From the NCBI GenBank assembly GCA_965178125.1, contig OZ237766.1:248001-312000 (forward strand): DNA of 64,000 nucleotides, given 5' to 3'. The notes under the pieces are model-generated. The model was not told the DNA's origin and searched no databases. It saw only the letters and a list, made by a program, of their open reading frames with translations. The position numbers were made by a program, and so were the translations under genes. Each line of letters begins with the position of its first letter. Position 1 is the first letter of the stretch. Below are positions 54,601 through 64,000 of this stretch, piece by piece. This stretch comes from Bilabrum cf. latius (lineage: Eukaryota).

Positions 54601-57277
54601 GATTCCATCCTGCAAGGGAACGCATATTGGACCAATACCGAACAAAGATACGCAGTGCCCTGGGCCGCGTACTAAACGATTCCTTCACAAGTATAACCAT
54701 AATTGCCTCAGGCTAGTCTGTCGCAGCCTTGCGAGTATCCGGGATCAGGCCTATACGTGCAATCGGATCCAGCTGACCATACAGCAAGCGCACAGTGAAG
54801 GCAGGCACAACATGGCCCGCACTCGGTTGTAGCGAGTGGTTTCGTATGGAAGGATTGCCCTCGAGTAGAGCCAAGGGCTGCGACACCATTAATGGTCAGG
54901 ACCACAGTTTATCTAAAGGTCTCACGTGGGTCTTGGCCTCGATGTTTGCTCCCTTGGACAGGAGCAGCTCGCACACTTCGGCATGGCCATTCTCAGTAGC
55001 CAGACTGAGAGGCGTCTATCTATTCTGCAAGGGACCGCATGTAGGACCAATACCGAACAAAGCTACGCAGTGCCCAGAACGGCGCTCAACACGATTCCTA
55101 CACAAGTATCACCATGTTTACCTCAGGCCAGTCTGTCGCATCCTTGCAAGTATCAGGCCCATACGAGCAATCGGATCCAGCCGATCATACAGCTAGCGCG
55201 CAGTAAAGGCACGCATAATATGGCCCGCACTCGGTTGTAGCGAGCGGTTCCGTATGGAAGGTTTGCCCTTCAGTGGAGCCATGGGCTGCGACACCATCCA
55301 TGGTTAGGATCACAGTCTAGATGAGGATCTCACCCTGATGGTTCCATCAACGCTCGCCCCCTTGGATAGCAGCAGCTCGCACACTTCGGCATGACCATTC
55401 CGGGCAGCCAGACCGAGAGGCGTGCATCTATCCTGCAAGGGAACGCATATTGGACCAATACCGAACAAAGATACGCAGTGCCCTGGGCCGCGCACTACAC
55501 GATTCCTACACAAGTATCACCATGTTTACCTCAGGCCAGTCTGTCGCAGCCTTGCGAGTATCAGGCCTATACTTGCAATCGGATCCGGCTGCATATACAG
55601 CTAGCACACAGTGAAGGCAGGCACAACATGGCCCGCACTCGGTTGTAGCGAGTGGTTCCGAATCGAAGGTTTGCCCTCGAGTAGAGCCATGGGCTGCAAC
55701 ACCATTAATGGTCAGGACCACAGTCTAGCTGAGAAGCACATTTCACTTACCTCGATGTTTGCTCCCTTGGACAGCAGCAGCTCGCACACGTCGGCATGGC
55801 CATTTCTAGCAGCCAGATCGAGAGGCGCGTGCACATACTGCAAGGGAACGCATGTAGGACCAATATCGAACAAAGCTTCGCAGTGCCCTGGGCCGCAAAC
55901 TACATGATTTCAACACAAGTATTGCCATGTTTTCGTCAGGCCAGTTTGTCGCAGAGTATCAGGCCTATACGTGCAATCAGATCATGCTGCCCATACAGCT
56001 AGCGCACAGAAAAGCAGGCATAACATGGCCCGCACGCGGTTGTAGCGAGTGGTTTCGTATGGAAGGATTGCCCTCGAGTGCAGCCATGGGCTGCGACACC
56101 ATCCATGGTTAGAACCACAGTCTAGATGAGGATCTCACCCTGATGGTTCCATCAACGCTCGCCCCCTTGGATAGCAGCAGCTCGCATACGGAGAACTGGC
56201 CATTCTCAGCAGCCAAACCGAGAGGCGTGTATTCATCCTGCAAGGGAACGCATGTAGGACCAATACTGAACAAAGCTTCCAGGTGCCCAGAGCCGCGCAC
56301 TACACGATTCTTACACAAGTATCACCATGTTTTCCTCAAGCCAGCCTGTCGCAGCCTTGCAAGTATCAGGCCTATACGTGCAATCGGATCCAGCTGACTA
56401 TACAGCAAGCGCACAGTGAAGGCAGGCATAACATGGCCCGCACTCGGTTGTAGCGAGTGGTTCCGTATGGAAGGACTGCCCACGAGTGCAGCCATGGGCT
56501 GCGACACCATTAATGGTCAGGACCACAGTCTAGCTGAAAATCTCACCATGCCAATTCTGTCGACCTTCGCCCCTTTAGACAGCAGCAGCTCGCACACGTC
56601 GGCATGACCATTCCGGGCAGCCAGACCGAGGGGCGAGTGTTCATCCTGCGTGGGAAGCACGAGGGGAGCAGATTTGAAGTTAGATAGACAGGTAGTGCCC
56701 TGAACCATGCAGTGCACGCTACCTACGCCAGTCCCAACCGTGGCAGTCAAAACCTTGAAAGCTGCAGAATGGTCAAAGTCCAGGCACGTTCATTACATGT
56801 ATGAGGCCATTCAGCTAGCTCGCCTGCAACGGCACACACCTACTAGTAAGCCACAGCCGGTAGGGACGAGTGATCTACCAGGCAGTGCATCACCTCCTTT
56901 GCGATCATTAGCTAATACATTGCCAATGGTGAGTATGTCAGTGAACTTGCTTATCTCACCTTGCTCATGGACTCTATCTGCGCCCCCTTGGACAACAGCA
57001 GCTCGCATGCCTACTTCCATCCATTTGCTGCTGCTTTTCCCAGGGCTGACCAATTAAACTGCGATATTTTCGCAAGATACAGCGATCACATATTCGTGTT
57101 AGCACTCAGTTAATCATTGCAATGATCATAAGAGACGCAAGATGCACGCATGGACCTACCTCCGCCTCGTTCTTTTCCTCGATCGTAGCAACAACTTCAT
57201 CTCTGCCTAGCAATTCTACAAGTTCTTCTTGATTCGTCAATGCATCATGCAGCTCCTTTCCGAGCTAGGATAAAGGC
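48700..57277 (-). CDS. Ankyrin-array protein: N-cap exon (~57277-57161), 20 single-repeat ankyrin exons (57058 down to 49214) and terminal exon 49041-48700
   Basis: Exons of 99, 96 or 87 nt, all phase 0, with cag| acceptors and |gtgag or |gtaag donors. Consensus xxxTPLGLAAxNGHAxVCELLLSKGAxIxxxxx. TGA at 48700. First exon not located. Confidence 0.9.
49214..56645 (-). repeat. Tandem array of 19 exon+intron units, period ~400-420 bp
   Basis: Recurrent intron text (ctgcaagggaac...gaacaaagctacgcagtgccc...ggcccgcactcggttgtagcgagtgg...ctcac on the + strand). Confidence 0.95.
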
Positions 57278-58047
57278 CTGCAATTCGTGAAGTAATGACG
57301 TGCGTTGACAAATATTTGACACAACGTGGTAGCCAATCTTCGCACTATCCTAAATCTAATCCGGATCATGTCGCCTATGAGTCTCACATGACCAACACTA
57401 AGTTTACAGTATCGACAACTTCTGATTAAGGCTTGTAGGTATATATGTATTTGGAGGGCGGTGGGTTGCAGTCTGGTGGGTTGGGCGGAGCGCCGACGGT
57501 TGCAACCATTTTGCCGCGCAAATACGGAACAATGGTCCATGATTGTTCGATTATTTGCTAACTGGCTACAGTAGCCATCGTGTGAAAACTTAGCTTGTAG
57601 TTTTAATCTCACATAGCCATCGGAACCCGCACATCATCATCTGACCCAGCCAGTGCTGCTTCGTGGCCGATCGGAGCCATGCCTCACCGAACCGCAGCCC
57701 GCTGTCAGGCTGATCCGCCGAAGTGGCGTCCAGGTACGCGCTCGTCACACCCTTCAGCGCCCTGGCGCGCAGGATCCGCCGGAGCTGGTCCGCCGCGCGA
57801 TCCTGCTCGTGGGTGGTTCCGCTGGACTGCGAGGGGTCGGGGGCGATGCTCTAGACTTGGCTGGATGTGTGCACTGGAAAACAATTGAAACAATTCAACC
57901 AATCAAACCATGGTATACGAGCTATCAAATCAATCCACAGAAGAGACTTAAACCAGGGACCCACGACACACGCGAGGTCATGCAATCCCCCGCAGCCCGA
58001 TCCACCAGCACGCACCACAGCCTGCTGGCCAAGGCCCCACCCAGCAA

Positions 58048-61000
58048 TCACTCCCTCGGCACCTCACACTGCATTTTGCCCAAGGACATATTCACGTACA
58101 TCACATCCCCATCATCTCCCACCATGCGTTTCCAACCAGGCGGCAGGGGCGGTGCTGGTGGCCTGACCCCCTCCCTCCTCTCCGCCGGCACCCATCGCTG
58201 TTCCCTGGGCCCCGACCATAACCCGCTCCCCCCCTCACCGTACGCACTCGTCACACGGGCCAGAGAGGCCACGTGCCCACCCACCCTCCCGCTCGCACCA
58301 TCCCGCCCCAGCAGCTCCCGCCGCAGGTGCCTGTCCCACAGCGAGGCCTCACCTGCCACCAGAGGACGCACCCGGCCCAGCACGCCCTCCACGCCCCACC
58401 CGAAAATCGCCCGCGTGCCTGCGCTCGGGGGCCGCAGCACGGCCATGGGCCCCGCCTGCACCACGGCCCGCTCGGCCTCCCCGCGGTCCTGCAGCACGCC
58501 GGCCCCCACTGCCTCGGCCAGCTCCCCCTCGAAGGCATGCCCGCCCACCACGCCCATGGAAAGACCATCCACTGCCCCGGCCACCTCACTCGTCACACTG
58601 CCTCCCCCCTCCACCGCCCCGTCCCTGGCAATTGGCCCCAGCTCGTCCGCGGCCCGCAGCACTGCCTCCTCCATCAGCAGGTCAGCGGCTGTCTGGCCAG
58701 AGGATTCGGAGCCATCGGCGGGGAGTATTGGTGCTGGTGCTGGTGCTGGTGCTGGTGCTGGTGCTGGTGCTGGTGCTGGTGCTGGTGCTGGTGCTGGTGC
58801 TGGTGCTGGTGCTGGTGCTGGTGCTGGTGCTGGTGCTGGTGCTGGTGCTGGTGCTGGATCGTCTGCCCCTGCCCCGCTCGCAGCAGGGCCACGCTCCTGA
58901 GGTGCCGCTGCAGCACCATCATGCGATGCACCCGTCCCCCGCTCCCGCTCCCTCACCGCCTCTCGCCCCACCAGCGAGGCTAGTGGCAGAGGACCCATGC
59001 ACTCGTCAGCATGAGCAAGCAGAGAACGCTGCCCAACCACCCACGCACCGCAAGCCGCATCGTCCACAGACACATCCCCTGCACCTGCACCTACACCTGC
59101 ACCTTTGGAGTCAGACCCGCCCTGTGACGGATGCACCCCTCCCCGCATCAGCACACCCGCGTCCACCGGCCCGTACAGCATCCCCATCAGCGCCCCGATG
59201 GCCTCCTCCTGGGGAACACGGGACCGGGGGTGGGCCTAAAGCAGGCCCCGCAGCACGGCCTCCAGAGCAGGGGGACAGTCCGCCTGACTGGGCAGCCGAG
59301 GGATGTCCCTGTCTCCGTACATGCTCTCGGGGTCCGGCAGAGACACGAGTGCCCCGCCCCCGGCATGCGCCTGCTCCGCCATCAGCTCCCACACCATCTT
59401 GCCTGCTGCCCACGCATCGCTGGAAGCATACGCCTGCGCCAGCGTGCGCATGGGTCTGTCCCACGCGTCAGTCACCTGCCCCCCGCTGGCCCTTCGCCTC
59501 ACCTCTGGGGCCATGGCACCCATGCCCCCCTGCATGCTCAGCACAGAGACCGCCAGCAGGTCGGGCTGAGCGTCCTTGCCGCAGCCCACGAACGGCCAGG
59601 CGGTCGATGATGGTGGTGAGGATAATGACGGTGATCCAGATGATGGCAATGCACCCTTGCTGCCCTCCTCTGTTGCAGCCGTGGGTGCAGCTGGTGGCCC
59701 CGATGGTGCGGCAGTAGGCACCTGCTTGCTGGATCCTGCAGGCGCGCTAGGATCGTCCTCGCCCTCTTCCACCACGAACACGCCCGGGTCCGACTCTTGC
59801 ACCTCTACCTGCTTTCCTGAGGTTGCATCCGGGGCTGTAGTCGATGATGCCCCGGCACCTGCTGCAGAGCTTGATGCTGCAGTCGCACTTGAACCCGACA
59901 GGCTTTCACCAGCCCGCTCGTCCTGCTCCTGCTGCATCATGAGGTTGATGCGGGCCCTCAGCGTCTCGTCCACCTTCACTCTCAGCCCGCCCTCAAACAG
60001 CAAACAACCCTCCCCCCAGTCGCCCAGCACGGCCCGACCGTCCGCCGTTAGAAACACGTTGTCCGCCTTCACGTCCCGGTGCACCACCCCGCGGGACCGG
60101 GCGTGCTGCAGGCCCTGCAGCACCTAAAGCAGCCACAGAGCCGCCTGCCGCCCCGAGATCATGCCACCTGCCCGCAGCGCCGCTTTCGCCGCCCCCTGCA
60201 GCGTGGTGGGGAACCGCTCCGTCAGCATCCAGGTGGTGCGCCTGCGGGGGATCCAGCCGAACCAGGGCAGCATCAGCTGCGTTGAGCCCAGCCAGGCGTG
60301 GTGCACGGCAAGCACATTCGGATGCCCGTGCAGCACCACTCGCCCCCTACTGTCCACTCGATCCCCCAGCACCCTCGGCAGCAGCCAGTCGTGCTGCTGT
60401 TTCTGCGCCACTCCAGCGTAATAGTCCCGGTCTGGACCCCCCGAGGTTGACCCCTTCAGCACCAGGTGCTGCCAGCCGGCCCACGGGTTGATGCCTGACC
60501 CAGCTCCACCATCGTGCGGTGCACCCTTAGCACCACCATCCGGTGCATTGGGCTAGTCCACAGCCACCACGGCAAAGACCAGCCCGTTGCACCCCTGGCC
60601 CTCCGCCGCCTGCTGCCCCGCCACGGCCCCGAAGACAGACCCGTCCCAGAACAGAGGCCTCTTCCTGCCCTGCTGCCCCGCCTCCAGCCGACCGGGAGTG
60701 CCCCCCCGTCGCTGGCTCTGGCCCCCGTCCTGCACCCGGATCCACCAGGCTCCGCTCCACTCGGCCCCCAGCCGCTCCAGCACGCTCACATCACCGACGC
60801 TGCTGGGGTCCATGTGCGCGGGCTGTGAGCCAGTGGCTAGGATGAGCTTGGGCCGTGGATGGTGCGCGGTGAGGTCGCCAGAAACGGGTCCGTTGGCGGG
60901 CTGATTGCGGGACAGCACCGCCTCCATGTGGGCCTGGGGCAGGGTAGAATTGGGCGTGTCAGGGTCTGCCGGGCTGGCTCTGGCAGCGGCTGCCTGGGCC

Positions 61001-63960
61001 AGTCGGACGCCGGCGTGCTGCAGGGCGTACCGGGCTTGGGCGGTAGCTGTACACCTGGATTTGAATAACTGCAGCTCACCACGGCACACGAGTAGCTTGT
61101 ACCTTGTGATCGCCTCTTCTTGAATGGCACGCAGATTGGCACTCGATGCCGAAGTTGACAGTGTGATCTCACTGGCCTACTTCGCGATTTGTACCGTGTC
61201 CAATCCCTGCACAATTGGTATGCCGGAAGTATCGCACAGCTTTAGTAGCAGATAGAGCGACAATGTGGATGACCCCTGCCCTCTGGTCATGGCGTCCTTG
61301 AAGCCGTTTGGGGCGTCGTCTGGGACCAACTGGGCGGGAATCTTTCCATCATTTGACTTGGATGTTGTGCTAGCTCCGTGATGAAGCAAGGCAACTGCGC
61401 ATCCTACATGCTTATTCATACATGCATTATGGAGCGAGGCTTTGCTCTACTTGTTATTGGCCTCGATCTGCGCCCCCTTGGACAGCAACAGCTCGCACAC
61501 GGATGCACAGCCATTGAAGGCAGCTAGTGCGAGGGGCGTGTTTCCATCCTGCGAGGGACTCACGAGGGGAGCAGACCTTAACACAGCTAGGCAGTGCCCT
61601 GGTACAGGCATCGCAGCAGAAATACACCGATCGAAAGCATATCCATCACAGGCCAGTCAGGTGCACCCAAGCCAGCTCCAAGTCCATCCACGACTTGCAT
61701 CAAACCAACCGGCTGGCTTCCTCGCTAGCCAACACGTATCTAGGCCTCAGTCAAAAGGAGCGAGTGACCTTCACTGCCGCGTCGCATGTAGTGGAATCAT
61801 TGGATGTGCCTCGGGCGATTTGAAGACAGACAGTATGCATGCATATCTCACCTTGCTCTTGGCCTCGATCTGCGCCCCCTTGGCAAGCAGCAGCTCGCAC
61901 ACAGAGGCATGGCCCTTGGCAGCAGCCCATGCGAGGGGCGTGTCTTCATTCTGCGAGTAACTCTGGAGGGGAGCAGACCTGAACAAAGCTAGGAAGGGCC
62001 CTGATACAGGCATCGCAACACAGATATACCAATCGAAAGCATGGCCACCACAGTTCAGTCAGGCGCACCCAAGCCAGCTTCAAGCCCGTCCACGACTTGC
62101 ATCAGACCAACCGGCTGATTTGCTCGCTAGCCAACCAGCATCTAGGCCTCAGTCAAAATCAGCGAGTGACCTTCACTGCTGTGTGGCATGGTGTGGAATC
62201 ATTGGATGTGACACGGGCGATTTGAAGACAGACAGTATGCATGCATATCTCACGTTGTTCTTGGCCTCGATCTGCGCCCCCTTGGACAGCAACAGCTCGC
62301 ACACGGATGCATGGCCATTCCTGGCAGCCTATGCGAGGGGGGTATTTCCGAACTGCGAGGGACTCATGAGGGGAGCAGACCTTAACACAGCTAGGCAGTG
62401 CCCTGGTACAGGCATCGCAGCAGAAATACACCGATCGAAAGCATATCCATCACAGGCCAGTCAGGTGCACCCAAGCCAGCTCCAAGTCCATCCACGACTT
62501 GCATCAAACCAACCGGCTGGCTTCCTCGCTAGCCAACACGTATCTAGGCCTCAGTCAAAAGGAGCGAGTGACCTTCACTGCCGCGTCGCATGTAGTGGAA
62601 TCATTGGATGTGCCTCGGGCGATTTGAAGACAGACAGTATGCATGCATATCTCACCTTGCTCTTGGCCTCGATCTGCGCCCCCTTGGCAAGCAGCAGCTC
62701 GCACACAGAGGCATGGCCCTTGGCAGCAGCCCATGCGAGGGGCGTGTCTTCATTCTGCGAGTAACTCTGGAGGGGAGCAGACCTGAACAAAGCTAGGAAG
62801 GGCCCTGATACAGGCATCGCAACACAGATATACCAATCGAAAGCATGGCCACCACAGTTCAGTCAGGCGCACCCAAGCCAGCTTCAAGCCCGTCCACGCC
62901 TTGCATCAGACCAACCAGCTGGTTTGATCGCTAGCCAACACGTATCTAGGCCTCAGTCAAAATCAGCGAGTGACCTTCACTGCTGTGTGGCATGGAGTGG
63001 GATCATTGGTTGTGACACGGGCGATTTGAAGACAGACAGTATGCATGCGCATCTCACCTTGTCCTTGGCCTCGATCTGCGCCCCCTTGGACAGCAGCAGC
63101 TCGCACACTGAGGCATGACCATTCAAGGCAGCATGTGCAAGGGGGGTGTCTCCATTCTGCGAATGACTCTGGAGGGGAGCAGACCTGAGCAAAGCTAGGA
63201 AGGGCCCTGGTACAGGCACCGCAGCAGAAATACACCGATCGAAAGCATATCCATCACAGGCCAGTCAGGTGCACCCAAGCCAGCTTCAAGCCCGTCCACG
63301 ACTTGCATCAGACCAACCAGCTGGTTTGATCGCTAGCCAACACGTATCTAGGCCTCAGTCAAAATCAGCGAGTGACCTTCACTGCTGTGTGGCATGGAGT
63401 GGGATCATTGGTTGTGACACGGGCGATTTGAAGACAGACAGTATGCATGCGCATCTCACCTTGTCCTTGGCCTCGATCTGCGCCCCCTTGGCCAGCAGCG
63501 GCTCACACACGGAGGCATGGCCATTCCTAGCAGCCAGTGCGAGGGGGGTGGTTCCATTCTGCGAGGGACTCATGAGGGGAGCAGACCTGAACACGACTAG
63601 GCAGGGTCCTGGTACAGGCATCGCAACACAGATATATCAATCAAAAGCATAGATACCGCAGGCCAGTAGGGTGCACCCAAGCCAGCTTCAAGCCCGTCCA
63701 CGCCTTGCATCAGACCAACCGGCTGATTTGATCGCTAGCCAACCAGCATGTAGTCCTCAGTCAAAAGGAGCGAGTGACCTTCACTGCCGTGTGGCATGGA
63801 GTATGGCCATTGGATGTGACCTGGGCGATTTGAAGACAGACGGTATGCATGCGCATCTCACCTTGTCCTTGGCCTCGATCTGCGCCCCCTTGGACAGCAG
63901 CAGCTCGCACGCCAACTTCCAGCCGTTTGCTGCAGATTTAGCCAGTGCTGCCCACTGATG
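58048..63960 (-). CDS. Ankyrin-array + PINK1-like protein kinase + C-terminal WW domain; 5' end lies beyond the window
   Basis: Ankyrin exons start at 63960, 63558, 63156, 62754, 62352 and 61950, then a long exon 61548-58048 read through TAG 61447, 61177, 60553, 60124 and 59236. Motifs GQGCNGLV, VLK, HPNVL, HRDVKADN, DWG, GGMGAMAPEV, DAWAAG. WW LPPGWKRM...YVN. TGA stop. Confidence 0.9.
58730..58857 (+). repeat. (GGTGCT)n hexamer repeat (Pro-Ala on the coding minus strand)
   Basis: About 21 perfect units. Confidence 0.95.
61450..63960 (-). repeat. Tandem array of exact 402-bp units (99-nt ankyrin exon + 303-nt intron)
   Basis: Exon starts are spaced exactly 402 bp. An 804-bp two-unit block is nearly identically duplicated. 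Confidence 0.95.
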
Positions 63961-64000
63961 CTGCGCATCATGTCGTAATATTTTGTGATCAAATGCTCTT

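Noticed and set aside
49187-56607. Repeated plus-strand ORFs (QGNSYRTNTEQSYAVP...)
   Set aside because: These are antisense translations of the repeated intron, with variable stops and frameshifts.
96-60743. Apparent excess of GGATCC
   Set aside because: My rough count outside the arrays is only modestly above chance, so it cannot be supported without computation.
49214-63960. CRISPR array, satellite or tandem transposon
   Set aside because: The units are ~400 bp with canonical splice sites around in-frame ankyrin exons. There are no cas, RT or transposase genes and no TIRs or TSDs were seen.

Overview
GC-rich, gene-dense nuclear DNA of a flagellated microbial eukaryote (GT-AG introns, CFAP65-like axonemal gene). 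Three signals dominate. (1) A variant genetic code: I counted about 60 in-frame TAG codons in 15 genes. They fall at conserved Gln positions (sirtuin YT[Q]NIDGL and EP[Q]EIFDI, kinase LL[Q]VLQGL and LL[Q]AHP) and inside a CAG poly-Gln run, while every gene end I traced is TGA (14) or TAA (4). So UAG appears to encode Gln while UAA stays a stop, and the supplied ORF track is artificially fragmented. (2) A cluster of three paralogous ankyrin genes at 47.2-64 kb. Two are tandem ~400-bp cassettes of one phase-0 ankyrin exon plus a homogenised ~300-bp intron (20 exons; 7 exons), with variation concentrated at binding-surface positions. One array feeds a PINK1-like kinase plus WW domain. (3) Two 10-bp motifs (GTGTGACGAG, 16 exact copies; GGTTGCAACC, 8 exact copies) recur far above chance, largely inside coding sequence. 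Other genes: beta-propeller-like secreted protein, E2/UBC, CD36-like, DsbA-like, EF-hand, WW/TPR membrane protein, ASF1-like, glutaredoxin, bulb-type lectin (plus an inverted partial copy), CAR-like GPCR, sirtuin, sulfotransferase-like, CFAP65-like and SOUL. All calls are by eye, with no database searches.
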